Shown here: positions 11,007 through 21,454 of the stretch, one piece after another | Layout of the letters: each line of letters opens with the position of its first letter | Position numbering within the stretch: the first letter of the stretch is position 1 | Origin: Obrimoposthia wandeli | Taxonomy: Eukaryota | Reading direction: 5' to 3' | Assembly (NCBI GenBank): GCA_977020255.1 | Contig: CDROCS010004457.1 | Location: 1 to 64,000, forward strand | DNA: 64,000 bases | Position numbers and translations under genes: made by a program | Notes under the pieces: generated by a model | Told to the model about the DNA's origin: nothing | Database searches by the model: none | Seen by the model: the letters and a program-made list of their open reading frames with translations, nothing else

Positions 11007-12302
11007 ATGCGCGTATTTTTTATCAAAACCGTGCTCAGTATTTTCGCTATTATAATATTGGGACTTTTCAGCTTAGTCTATTGGGTGATTGAGCCGGCAT
11101 TTGATGAATTCTCTCAACAAGATTTTCAAGAGGAATCGTCCCTAGAACACATGCAATTATCTTCTATATTGGCCGTTCATTCACCTGTAGATTGGTCATC
11201 ACATGTCACAGATTACAAGAGTCATTTCGAACTAACCAGCCACCTTCTACCCAGTAATGAAGTACCCGAAAAAGCAGTTGTATTCAAAACACTATCGGGG
11301 AAAAACGGTTTCTTTTGGGAAGCCGATGAAGATCTTTTTTACGTATCTTTTAAAACTTCTAATCCAGCTTGGTCTATTCGCTACACTGAAGGGGATAGCG
11401 AATTACTGTATCGAAACCGCCTCGATGATGCTGTTATGTTACTCTTAATTGGCCCACTAACAGTCATCTTGTTAACGATGCTTACTGGCATCGGTTACTT
11501 ACTTTATAACTTTAGCAAACCCATGCACGCTTTAGAGCAAGCCATGGAAACCTTCAATGATGATGTGCAAATAAGATTAAAGCCTGAACAAGTTAAAGCA
11601 ATTCCAAAAATAGCGGTGGCATTTAATGCCATGGCTGAAAAGCTAAGCCGCACTCTCACAGAGCAGCAAGTGATGATAGCTGCCATCCCCCATGAATTGA
11701 GAACACCGATTGCACGGATTCGATTTGCACTAGATATGCTGCGCGGCAAACAAGGCGAACGTCTAAGACAAGGGCTTGAAGATATTGATACTTATGTTGA
11801 TGAGCTACATCAAGTAACTGAAGATATTTTACAATTATCACGGTTGCAACAGGCAAAACTGCAGATGCAGAGCGTTAACTTAACCCAGCTTTTACAATTA
11901 AAAGCAGCTCCTTTGATTGACAACGAAAGCTTTGAACTGATATTAGCTAACACGCCAATTACTATCCAAGGTCATGCTGGTTTATTACGTCAAGTAATCG
12001 CTAACTTGTTGAATAATGCACTGCAATATTACAATCATTACATCAAAGTCAGACTATACACTGAAGATAATTACTGTTTTTTGGAAGTAGAAAACGACGG
12101 GGCACAGCTGTCACATCAGGATATAGAACAGTTATTTCAAGCGTTTTTTCGAGCAGACGATAGCCGTAGCCGCCATACCGGAGGCGCTGGAATTGGCTTG
12201 ACACTCGTGGCGCAAATTATGGAAAAGCACCGTGCTAGTGTTAGTGCACAACTACTTGAGAGTGGAGTGCTCATGATGAGGCTGAAATTCCCCTTGGCGT
12301 AA
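11007..12302 (+). CDS. Sensor histidine kinase (HAMP-HisKA-HATPase)
   Basis: Two TM segments, HELRTP H-box, NLLNNALQY, GGAGIGL. Confidence 0.93.
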   Translation: MRVFFIKTVLSIFAIIILGLFSLVYWVIEPAFDEFSQQDFQEESSLEHMQLSSILAVHSPVDWSSHVTDYKSHFELTSHLLPSNEVPEKAVVFKTLSGKNGFFWEADEDLFYVSFKTSNPAWSIRYTEGDSELLYRNRLDDAVMLLLIGPLTVILLTMLTGIGYLLYNFSKPMHALEQAMETFNDDVQIRLKPEQVKAIPKIAVAFNAMAEKLSRTLTEQQVMIAAIPHELRTPIARIRFALDMLRGKQGERLRQGLEDIDTYVDELHQVTEDILQLSRLQQAKLQMQSVNLTQLLQLKAAPLIDNESFELILANTPITIQGHAGLLRQVIANLLNNALQYYNHYIKVRLYTEDNYCFLEVENDGAQLSHQDIEQLFQAFFRADDSRSRHTGGAGIGLTLVAQIMEKHRASVSAQLLESGVLMMRLKFPLA

Positions 12303-12416
12303 CAAAATATTTTATACAATTAAATTAATTATTTACGCAATTTAAGATATCATCAAAACACTATTTACCTTTATGAATCTACTGGTAGTTTTTATCAGTA
12401 CTTAGCACACAGGAAA

Positions 12417-13025
12417 ATGATGTACATTGAATCAGAGGAACAGCTCAGAGAAATTTATGGCCATGCCAAAGGACGCTCTAAAGCAAAGCAACTAGCGGCT
12501 TTAGAGCGCCATTCAATCAATTTTATTGCCAAGTCACCTTTTGCAACCATCGCTACTGCTGCTAAATCAGGCATGCTTGATTGCTCACCACGCGGCGGTA
12601 AGCCCGGGTTTGTGCAGGTGCTCAATGAGCAATGTATTATTATCCCCGATGGCAAAGGCAATAACCGCCTCGATAGCTTAGTCAATATAATCGAGACAGG
12701 GAAAATTGCTTGCCTCTTCTTAATTCCGGGCATTGATGAAACGTTGAGGGTGAATGGCACAGCACGTATCTCTACTGCTGAGGCGCACTTAAGTTTATTT
12801 ACAGATGAGCGCATCCCACTTAAATCTTGTATTGTAATTGATGTTCAAGAAGTGTTTTTACACTGTGCTAAAGCATTAATGCGCTCCGACCTTTGGTCGC
12901 AAGACATACAAATTGAGCGAAATAGTTTTCCCAACATGGGCACTATGATCAACGATCAGCTCTCAATAAAAGAACAGCCAGAGAGCCAAGAAGATATGCT
13001 GGTACGTTACAAGCAGGATATATAA
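12417..13025 (+). CDS. Pyridoxamine 5'-phosphate oxidase-like FMN-binding protein
   Basis: DCSPRGG.PGFV, GNNRLDSL.NI, ETLRVNG, FLHCAKA. Confidence 0.88.
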   Translation: MMYIESEEQLREIYGHAKGRSKAKQLAALERHSINFIAKSPFATIATAAKSGMLDCSPRGGKPGFVQVLNEQCIIIPDGKGNNRLDSLVNIIETGKIACLFLIPGIDETLRVNGTARISTAEAHLSLFTDERIPLKSCIVIDVQEVFLHCAKALMRSDLWSQDIQIERNSFPNMGTMINDQLSIKEQPESQEDMLVRYKQDI

Positions 13026-13088
13026 ACCTAGCGGCGCTCATTAGCTAGTCGTGAAGCTAACAAGCGCTATTAGCGATCGATATAATTG

Positions 13089-14225
13089 TTACGAGTTGCG
13101 CTTTTTAAGCATACGCCACACTGATTTGAATGGGAATTTTTGCTGCTTATACATTCCCTCCGGCACGTAATCCCCCACTACACCATAAGCCTCTGGCCAT
13201 TCTTTTTGCCCTTTTACCGAACTGCCAAACAAGTAATCTAAAAAGGAAAAATGCGCGGCATAGTTGCGATCAATCGCGGCATCATCTGATGAGTGATGCC
13301 AGTGATGAAACTGTGGAGTAACGATAATATACTTTAACCAGCCAAAGTTAATGCGCACATTGGCGTGATTAAATACCGCTTGTACACCCACAATAATCAC
13401 ATAAATATCGATCACTTGCTTAGAAAATCCCAGTAAGAATATCGGCGTTAAAACTAATGAACGGGTAACGATTAACTCTAAAATATGCTGGCGAGACCCC
13501 GCTAGCCAATCCATATATTTTGCACTGTGGTGTACTGCGTGAAAACGCCACAGCACAGGTACTTCATGATAAAACTTATGTGTTATATACTGAGCTAAAT
13601 CAGCAATTAAAACGATGCTAAAAATTTGTAGCCACAGTGGCATTTGGTTTATAAAACCTTGCACTGATGCAAACACTGCCCAGCCAAACGCATTGTGCAC
13701 AAATAAGTTGGTGATTAACAAAATGATGCCGACCAGTAAATGATTCACAAAAAAGTGATTCAAATCGCCTTGCCAATGTGGGCGCAGCACTGATTGCTGT
13801 TTACGATGTGGGATCAGCTTTTCGATAAACACGAAAATCAAGGTTGAGCCCAACATATCGAGAATGAACCAATCCATTCCTAAATAGATCATGCTACTTT
13901 GATATTCACCTACCTCCACTTCATGGCCGCCAAATGCAATTGATAGCAGCACAAAAAACCATGCGAAAATCCCAAGCCGTTTGTTTTTGTTACGCACAAA
14001 ATTGAGCAGACCTAAAGAGCCTGACAATATTAAACAGACGAATAGCAGCTGGCGTAAAAACTCAGTATTGTAATTAACACGTAACTCAGGCGTGGTTAAA
14101 TACTGAGGATAGTGAAACGAAAGTACGCCTAAAAAGCAAAGCACTGCGAGCATCGCGGCAATGTAGCCACTAATAGACCCCTCACCAAACTGAAAACGAT
14201 CATTGCGAAATATTTTCTTTAACAT
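13089..14225 (-). CDS. Sterol desaturase / fatty-acid hydroxylase family
   Basis: His boxes HKFYH, HAVHH, FNHAN, HHWHH; multi-TM. Confidence 0.9.
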   Translation of the reverse strand: MLKKIFRNDRFQFGEGSISGYIAAMLAVLCFLGVLSFHYPQYLTTPELRVNYNTEFLRQLLFVCLILSGSLGLLNFVRNKNKRLGIFAWFFVLLSIAFGGHEVEVGEYQSSMIYLGMDWFILDMLGSTLIFVFIEKLIPHRKQQSVLRPHWQGDLNHFFVNHLLVGIILLITNLFVHNAFGWAVFASVQGFINQMPLWLQIFSIVLIADLAQYITHKFYHEVPVLWRFHAVHHSAKYMDWLAGSRQHILELIVTRSLVLTPIFLLGFSKQVIDIYVIIVGVQAVFNHANVRINFGWLKYIIVTPQFHHWHHSSDDAAIDRNYAAHFSFLDYLFGSSVKGQKEWPEAYGVVGDYVPEGMYKQQKFPFKSVWRMLKKRNS

Positions 14226-14425
14226 GTCATTCCTTATGACTTAATTTTGCGACTAGTTTACTGTAATTTAAAGCAAAATTAAAAGCGCAAATTTCCGCTG
14301 AAGATTTTGGCGAATTCATTATGTTTTGCAATAATATCGCGTAGTATAATTAAATTGGAATATTTATAACAAGCAATTGTTTTTGCTTGATTTATCCTTA
14401 ATATTAACTGATTAAGAGGCTGTAA

Positions 14426-15052
14426 ATGCTATTGCTAATCATTGCTCTTTTTTTCATGTGGCTAGCACTGCGTGAATTGAACAACTCGCGTAGCAGTATC
14501 GATGGCTTCAACACACCCAGTAAAATTTATTTTGGGATCTGCTTTAGTATTGCCTTAATGACCGCTTGGACACCATTAAAAAAAATGTATTTTGAATCAT
14601 TCTTATCTGAAAAAGCATCTGTTTTGGCTGATGGAAAACCAGCACAAGTGCATTGCAACACTGCCTTTGATGCAATGTTTGATAGTAGTATCAATGTTAT
14701 AGGCCATGCTAACCCGCGCACAGGTGATATCGTTTTCCAGCTAAGCTGGTGTGATAAGTTGATGGACTACCTAGCGAACCCCCACCAAGTGAATACCACT
14801 AAACGCTATAGCTTAATGCTCTTCACTCACGAAGTGATGCATATTCGCGGTGAGCTTAACGAGCAGAAAACTGAGTGCCAAGCCATTCAGCGTAACCATA
14901 TTGCCGGTGAACTACTCGGTGTCTCTAAAGCTATCGCACTGGAGCATACACGTGAGTACTTTGAGCGCGAATATCCGCGTCATCCTTACTTTAGTGACGA
15001 GTGCGGCCCTGGAAAAGCATACGATGAAGGGTTAACTAGCGCTATTTGGTAA
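14426..15052 (+). CDS. Membrane-anchored hypothetical protein with HExxH motif
   Basis: Two N-terminal hydrophobic segments; FTHEVMH..E.KTECQA. Confidence 0.65.
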   Translation: MLLLIIALFFMWLALRELNNSRSSIDGFNTPSKIYFGICFSIALMTAWTPLKKMYFESFLSEKASVLADGKPAQVHCNTAFDAMFDSSINVIGHANPRTGDIVFQLSWCDKLMDYLANPHQVNTTKRYSLMLFTHEVMHIRGELNEQKTECQAIQRNHIAGELLGVSKAIALEHTREYFEREYPRHPYFSDECGPGKAYDEGLTSAIW

Positions 15053-15367
15053 TTGAGTGTTAGTTGTTAGAATAGAACCTAAAAATCAAATCGATACCTT
15101 GGATTAGTAACTATTGTTAATACGCCGAAACTTATTTCGGCTTGATAAGGTTTTACCGCTTTAATTCTATTAAACAGCAGTTTAGAACGCATTCCCAGCA
15201 ATCCTAAAGATTGCTTACAGCTACCCATTCTAAAAGCCCTTAATATTTAACGCTAGCTTTTCACCTTGGTACAACCTATGCAGCAATTAAAATCACAGTT
15301 GACGAAGTTTTGATTTACAAGTAAATTATCATATTTGATAATTTATATTGTTTTGGGGAGATAATAA

Positions 15368-15946
15368 ATGGGCCGACCCAGTAAAAAAGCGGAACGAGTG
15401 GAGCAAGTATTACAAGCTTTTCAACGCTGCATTGCGCGCTTTGGCCTTGAAGGCAGCACACTTGAACGCATTGCTGAAGAGTCTGGTTTACAGCGCTCTT
15501 TAGTGCGCCATTTTGTTGGCAACAGAGACGAGCTAGTACAGCAGTTGGCAACTCGCGTGATTACACAATCTGATAGTGAATGGGCGCTATTTATTGAAGA
15601 GTTGCCAGAAGAAAACACTATTGAAGTATTGTTAGATACGTTATTTGATGCGCGCTACAGTGATCCAAAATTCGTGTTAGTGATTGAATCTTTGATCTTT
15701 GCAGCGGCTAGCAATGTAGCTTTACAGCAATTAATGCTGCAGTGGCTAGAGCGTTTTACCCACGATGTTGAAGCAGTGCTTCACTTTTGTTTTCCAGCGG
15801 TCGCCGATAAAGAAATAAGCGCGGTATCACTAGGGATAATTTCACTTTACTTTAACCTAGATTCACTGGCTCCACTTAAGGTGCCTGCGCACTATCGAGC
15901 ATCCGCTCGGTACGCGGCTCAAATATTAGTTAAAGCACTTAAATAA
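15368..15946 (+). CDS. TetR/AcrR family regulator
   Basis: N-terminal HTH GLEGSTLERIAEESGLQRSLVRHF. Confidence 0.9.
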   Translation: MGRPSKKAERVEQVLQAFQRCIARFGLEGSTLERIAEESGLQRSLVRHFVGNRDELVQQLATRVITQSDSEWALFIEELPEENTIEVLLDTLFDARYSDPKFVLVIESLIFAAASNVALQQLMLQWLERFTHDVEAVLHFCFPAVADKEISAVSLGIISLYFNLDSLAPLKVPAHYRASARYAAQILVKALK

Positions 15947-15955
15947 GGAAAATTT

Positions 15956-16126
15956 ATGACTTGGTCTTTTTACTTAGGTATCGCACTACTGGTTTGGGTC
16001 ATGTGGGATATTTATTCTGGCTCGGTTTGGCTGCATAGAGAATATCATCGTGACAGCGAGCCCGTTGGCTACTGGCTACTCATAATGGTTTGGGCACTCG
16101 TCGCTGTTTCTTGCTTCTATTGGTGA
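15956..16126 (+). CDS. Small 56-aa two-TM membrane protein (below ORF-track cutoff)
   Basis: AAGGAA RBS overlapping the TetR stop; MTWSFYLGIALLVWVMWDIYSGSVWLHREYHRDSEPVGYWLLIMVWALVAVSCFYW*. Confidence 0.7.
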   Translation: MTWSFYLGIALLVWVMWDIYSGSVWLHREYHRDSEPVGYWLLIMVWALVAVSCFYW

Positions 16127-16153
16127 TGACAACTCCTCTATAGCATTTTCCAA

Positions 16154-18070
16154 TTATAGTGCTTCCCAATGCACCCCTGCCGCGGGTAATTCACGCCCTT
16201 TGTATTCAACTGCGCTAGGATTATAATTAAAAATAAAGCGCTGCGTGCCACTCTCTCTTATACGTACACCGGAGGGTAGAGTTTGCACCGCTATCCCCTC
16301 TTTCACACAGAGTTCTTTAAGCACTCTTTGCAGCGCTTGCTGATTTAACCAAGCACATAAGTACTGGCGCTTTGGATAACCTATATGGATGGGTGCTCCG
16401 GATACTGTTTGCTCTATAACAGGATCATCACCGGCGGTTGTTTCAAGCCAATTAATTACACAGCCTGAAGCTTGCAGCGGTATTTCAAAACCGGCTCTTA
16501 AAGACTGCACATGTTTAACCTTATTACTTAAACCTGGCATAATCGCCCCTATGTTTATCGCAAAATCAACCGTTTTAGAGCCACTGCGAGGCCCTGCCAA
16601 TACGCTACCACTAAATTCTTCTAAGTTTTTAGTGAGCCCCGAATTAAAGTGCATTAGCCCAGGTATTAGCACTAACTTGTAAGCGTTTAAATGATCACCC
16701 TGCTCAGTTTTTGCATCGACAATATCAATAGATAAACCCAGTGAGCGCAGCGCTGTGTAATAAGAGAATACCAAAGCGAAGTAATCAAAGCTGGCCCCTT
16801 GTGGCTGGGTTTCCCATGCCCAAGCTGATTCGTAATCGAACACTAAAGCAACTTTTGCAGCTCCTATACTTACTCCAGAACTTACCTCAGGCATAGCCTT
16901 CAATTCAGCCGCCACTGCAGCGACTTCACTTAATCCTAGCGCCGCGCTGTTATCTGGGTAATAAAGCCCTGCGTGCATTTGCTCTTGTGCGAATGGCGCT
17001 TGGCGCCAGCGAAAATAACACACGGTTTGCGCACCGTGTGCAAAAGCTTCCCAACTCCATAAACGAACCATACCGGGTAGAGGTGCAGGGTTGTATGGCG
17101 CCCAGTTAACAGGACCTGGTTGTTGCTCCATTACCCACCAGCCATTACGCCCTACGCTGCGATATAAGTCATGATGAAATGCTTGAAAATCAGGATCACC
17201 CTGCTGAGAAAAGTGTAGTTTATGCGCATCATTAGCATCAGACCTATCTTCCAGAAAGCCTAGCGGGTAGCTATCCCAGCTGGCAATATCGAGATCGTTG
17301 CCTACTTCGAAGTGATCAAAATCGGTAATGCGGCCCATGTAATTGTGAATTAAAGGTGCATCAGTATATTTGCGTAACACATCAACTTGAATACGATTAA
17401 ACGCTATTACTTGTTCTGAACTAAACCGCTTAAAGTCGAGCTCATGGACAGGGTTTGGCTGTGTTACGCAAAGGTTAGGTAGGTCAATTTGCGTAAAGCA
17501 GTTGTATTGCATTGACCAAAAGACATTACCCCAGCGCGTGTTTAAATTTGCAATCGTTTGATATTTTTGTGCCAACCAATAGCGAAAGCCTTGCAGTGCA
17601 GCGTCACTATAGGAAAGCGTCGTATCGTGGCAGCTGTATTCGTTATCAATTTGCCAAGCTTGTACATGTGGGTTATCAGCGTAACGTTGCGCCATTAATT
17701 GGCAAATACGCGCGCACTCTTGCAGGTACTGCACATGGCTAAAGCAATAATGACGGCGCGAGCCAAACTTGCGCGCATCCCCTCGCTGATCAACTGCCAG
17801 CATTTGTGGATACTTATCTAACATCCAACGCGGTGGTGTAGCGGTAGGCGTACCCATCACCACTTTTAAACCGGCATCACCTAAGGTGGACACCGCTTTA
17901 TCTAACCATTGCCAATCTAGCTGATAAGGCTCTGGCTCTATGCAACTCCAAGCGAACTCTCCTATACGCACCCAAGTTAAGCCCGCTTCAATCATACGCT
18001 TTGCATCCTGTGCCCACATATCTTGCGGCCATTGCTCAGGGTAGTAACAAGTACCTAAAGTACGTTGCAT
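16154..18070 (-). CDS. Beta-galactosidase, glycoside hydrolase family 42
   Basis: LGTCYYPEQWP, VRIGEFAW, WQIDNEY, WVMEQQPGPVNW, FRWRQAPFAQEQMH; likely start MQRTLG at 18070. Confidence 0.93.
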   Translation of the reverse strand: MQRTLGTCYYPEQWPQDMWAQDAKRMIEAGLTWVRIGEFAWSCIEPEPYQLDWQWLDKAVSTLGDAGLKVVMGTPTATPPRWMLDKYPQMLAVDQRGDARKFGSRRHYCFSHVQYLQECARICQLMAQRYADNPHVQAWQIDNEYSCHDTTLSYSDAALQGFRYWLAQKYQTIANLNTRWGNVFWSMQYNCFTQIDLPNLCVTQPNPVHELDFKRFSSEQVIAFNRIQVDVLRKYTDAPLIHNYMGRITDFDHFEVGNDLDIASWDSYPLGFLEDRSDANDAHKLHFSQQGDPDFQAFHHDLYRSVGRNGWWVMEQQPGPVNWAPYNPAPLPGMVRLWSWEAFAHGAQTVCYFRWRQAPFAQEQMHAGLYYPDNSAALGLSEVAAVAAELKAMPEVSSGVSIGAAKVALVFDYESAWAWETQPQGASFDYFALVFSYYTALRSLGLSIDIVDAKTEQGDHLNAYKLVLIPGLMHFNSGLTKNLEEFSGSVLAGPRSGSKTVDFAINIGAIMPGLSNKVKHVQSLRAGFEIPLQASGCVINWLETTAGDDPVIEQTVSGAPIHIGYPKRQYLCAWLNQQALQRVLKELCVKEGIAVQTLPSGVRIRESGTQRFIFNYNPSAVEYKGRELPAAGVHWEAL

Positions 18071-18434
18071 AAGAGTCCTTTGTTTTAATGTGCGAGTCTT
18101 GCCTTGAAATTTAGATGCATCAAAGAAATTTAAAGCTACGCGCACATGTTCTTATTTGTATTACTGTGCAGTTAAAAAAGACAGTTATCTAGCTCGCTTA
18201 TTTGTGGTTTTCTATCGTCGTTAAAGAGATATTCTACAGCGAAAGAACATCTGGGGACTTCTTTGCTACTTCCTTATTTTTTTAACCAATGTACCGATTG
18301 CACTGTACTTCACACAAGCACTGAACACTAATATTAGATATGCTCACAGTGCCTCGATGTGTAGGGTAACTTAGGTATTGGCTTAATGCTGTTTTACTTG
18401 CGGGTATTAGTTAGCTTAAATTAGTAATAGAAAC

Positions 18435-18459
18435 AAAAAACCGCCTTACGGCGGTTTTT
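18435..18459 (-). terminator. Bidirectional intrinsic terminator downstream of the porin gene
   Basis: AAAAAACCGCC-TTAC-GGCGGTTTTT. Confidence 0.8.
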
Positions 18460-18561
18460 CCCTAAAGTTGCTAACAATTGCAGCTCTCTGTTATCTTAAT
18501 CGATGATATTCAATTACGATACTACTAGAGCATCCACTAAGTCATATAGAGAATGTGTGCC

Positions 18562-19809
18562 CTACAAAGGTATATTGTAATCAAGAATCAAACGATTTTC
18601 ATCAAGATCTGTCGTTTCAGTTGAGCGCACACTGGCATTACGTAAACGGACAGAAAGCCCTTTTACGTTTGCAAAAGCATACTTAACTTCTATATCGCGT
18701 TCCCACTCTTTTCCTTCTTTTCCGTCACTACGCTTAATATTATCGCCGCGTATGTAGCGTGTCATCAGCGAAAGTCCTTTTACAGCGGTGACATCATAAT
18801 CAACTCTGGCTTGGATTGAACGCTCTTCTGCGCGGTCAAAATCCAATACCTGTACTGAGTTACTTGAGTACAAACCCGTATCATCGTTACCAAAGTTATC
18901 CCAAGACTCTTGATACTCATCACCGTTGACTGCTTGGTAAGCTAATGAAAGTTTCTTATTCTCGCGAACCCACTGCGCACTTACGCTATACAAGTTACTG
19001 CTATAATCAGTGCCAACGCCCCCTTGAGCACCATCACCATCGGCTTCACCATGATAATAAGTACCGGTTAAGTTTAATTGATCACGCGGCGATAAAGTAA
19101 TAGGATAACTGGCACTTGTGTATGTTTGACTAAGGACATTATCTGCTTCACCGTAAGCTAAGCTTAGATTTAAACCTGAATCAAAGCCATAGCTACCACC
19201 GACAATACCTACTGAGTATTCATCCCCTGTGGAATCCGTATATTTCTCAAATTGCTCGTCAGTTTTAGCAGAGCCTCTATCGGTCCAGATGGCGTATAAG
19301 TCCAAGTTTTGATACTTGGTGAAAGCATAAACACCTTGGGTAGAGCTAGGCGTGGTACGTGAATCAGAATCATCTAACAACGGGGTATTGATTGTCATAC
19401 GACCAACCTTTAGACCAGAGTTCTCACCCAATTTAACTTTAACGTAAGCCTGGCCGAACTTAGCGTAGCCTTTTTGTTCTCCACTACTAGTAGTACGTAA
19501 GGTGCCTGTTCCACCTTCGTTGTCTTTAGCACTAAGGGCACCTACAGCAAAAACAGATGCATCAAAGCCAATAATATTATTGAAGTAACCTGATTGAAAA
19601 TCTAAGCGAAGACCTTGAGAAAGCGCAATGGAATCGGCTGATCCACTAGGTATGCGATCACGATTAAAATAAAAGGTACGTAAATTTAAATCTAATTTAC
19701 TACCCGCGATAAAGCCAGCATTCTCTTGAGCTACTCCCATTTGTGAATAGCTAGTTGCTAGGATTGCAGTAACAAGTAATGTGCGTTTGATTAACATATC
19801 AAACTCCAT
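18562..19809 (-). CDS. OprD-family outer membrane porin
   Basis: Signal peptide; LNLRTFYFNRD, FQSGYF, DFDRAEERSIQARVDYD, EWERDIE, DENRLILDY. Confidence 0.85.
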   Translation of the reverse strand: MEFDMLIKRTLLVTAILATSYSQMGVAQENAGFIAGSKLDLNLRTFYFNRDRIPSGSADSIALSQGLRLDFQSGYFNNIIGFDASVFAVGALSAKDNEGGTGTLRTTSSGEQKGYAKFGQAYVKVKLGENSGLKVGRMTINTPLLDDSDSRTTPSSTQGVYAFTKYQNLDLYAIWTDRGSAKTDEQFEKYTDSTGDEYSVGIVGGSYGFDSGLNLSLAYGEADNVLSQTYTSASYPITLSPRDQLNLTGTYYHGEADGDGAQGGVGTDYSSNLYSVSAQWVRENKKLSLAYQAVNGDEYQESWDNFGNDDTGLYSSNSVQVLDFDRAEERSIQARVDYDVTAVKGLSLMTRYIRGDNIKRSDGKEGKEWERDIEVKYAFANVKGLSVRLRNASVRSTETTDLDENRLILDYNIPL

Positions 19810-20236
19810 AAGTGATTAGCAGTTAATTTATTAACTACCAACGTTAAAGTGAACCTTGTCCCTAAAAAGCTTGTAATACCACACTGTAATATTGAAAGAA
19901 GCACTAGGAGAAAATTGAATTAATTTTGGACGTTATCTATTTTATTTGTCTATAAGACTACTTAACTAAATGGTTGTTCAGTATTTTTAACTAAAATAGT
20001 GCGAAAGCACATAGGATGGGATATAGCACAATACAATGAAAATAAAAGCAGTCGTGTTACCCTATTTTTATAGTTTTTTATGAGGTTATATAAAGGTAGG
20101 TTTTGTATGCAACTGTCCATTTAAGATCTGTTAACTCAAACTAAGTAACATTTTAGTTCTTTACTATCAAAACTGATGTACCTAGGCGATCTATTGATCG
20201 CTTCCTTACACGCTGAATAACGAAAGGTATTTTGCA

Positions 20237-20267
20237 CAGAAACCGCAGCTATTATTGCAGTTTCTGG
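20237..20267 (-). terminator. Hairpin downstream of ompW
   Basis: CAGAAACCGCA-gcttattat-TGCAGTTTCTG inverted repeat. Confidence 0.55.
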
Positions 20268-20296
20268 GCCGATTCTTTATATACTGATAAATTAGG

Positions 20297-20980
20297 CTAG
20301 AATTTATAACCAATCATAATGCTGTATACCCATGGATCAATATCGACATTCACATTAGCTACGCTACCTGAATCAAAATCAATCGTTCCTTCAGTGTCGA
20401 TATCCATATAGCGTACAGAGCTATTTAACAGCCACTTATCATTTATTTGATAATCAAAACCTGCTTGCACAGCCACTCCCCAAGAATCATCTAATTTCAA
20501 ACTTCCGGGAGACACTGCATTCGCTGTCCCTGACGCTAAATCTTCACTAAAAAATGCAGTGTAGTTGATACCAGCGCCTAAATAAGGATCAAAATCACCC
20601 TCTGTTGGAAAGTGATACATCATACTTAGCGTAGGCGGCAGCTGCTTTACACTACCGATATTAGTGTTAGCTAAGACCCCGCCTTGACCTTTAAGGTCAT
20701 GCCTAAACGGTGAAGCTGCAAGTACTTCAATACCCCACTGCGGAGTAAGCATATATTCAAAGGTTAATCCCAGCTGTGTGTTGCTACTAACACTTGCTTT
20801 AGTACCTAAATTTGTGGTCCCATTTAGCATTACATTACTACTGCTTTCATTAGGTGCTACTGTCGTGGCTCCTGCGCGAACGATAAAATCACCCGCCTCA
20901 TATGCTAGAGCTTGGGTAGATAAAGCTGAAATAGTCATCATCAATGCTAAGGGAGTAGTTAATCGTTTTATAGCCTTCAT
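20297..20980 (-). CDS. ompW: OmpW/OprG outer membrane protein
   Basis: YEAGDFIVRAG, QLGLTFEYM, LPPTL, PYLGAGINYT, IDPWVYSIMIGYKF. Confidence 0.92.
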   Translation of the reverse strand: MKAIKRLTTPLALMMTISALSTQALAYEAGDFIVRAGATTVAPNESSSNVMLNGTTNLGTKASVSSNTQLGLTFEYMLTPQWGIEVLAASPFRHDLKGQGGVLANTNIGSVKQLPPTLSMMYHFPTEGDFDPYLGAGINYTAFFSEDLASGTANAVSPGSLKLDDSWGVAVQAGFDYQINDKWLLNSSVRYMDIDTEGTIDFDSGSVANVNVDIDPWVYSIMIGYKF

Positions 20981-21052
20981 GGTATACGCTCATTAGTTAA
21001 AATATATTTGCTTTTAATAGCCTTATTTAATACCAAAACTAGTGGAGTAGTA

Positions 21053-21066
21053 TTGATCTAGATTAA
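21053..21066. promoter_or_regulatory. FNR/ANR-like box upstream of ompW
   Basis: TTGAT-CTAG-ATTAA versus consensus TTGAT-N4-ATCAA, 73-86 bp upstream of the ompW start. Confidence 0.6.
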
Positions 21067-21454
21067 TTTTATACAACATTACCTATAGTAATTATTGGTG
21101 CGAGGTTTTTGGTAAATATTACTAGCAAGGTTTGGCTTTTATACGGTCTATCGATTCAATCAAAAGGGGTCGTGGTGCCTTATTACCTATTGCTGATAAA
21201 TTCTTAAACAGCCTCGGCGCGCACTCAATCTATTCGCAAAATCTAAAGCTTTCATCGGGAATATCTGGCCTGTATTGTTTGGGTACAGCACTGTGTATTG
21301 GTAAGCTAGAACGTGGTAATGGCTATGTTCTCATAGGAATTATATTTAGCATTCCTAAAGAACTAGATATGGAGTATAAGAACAGACTATGGTTACTCCA
21401 TGATTTATTTTGGAGCTATTTGCGGCATTATGCGCCACATAACTTCATCGGTAA

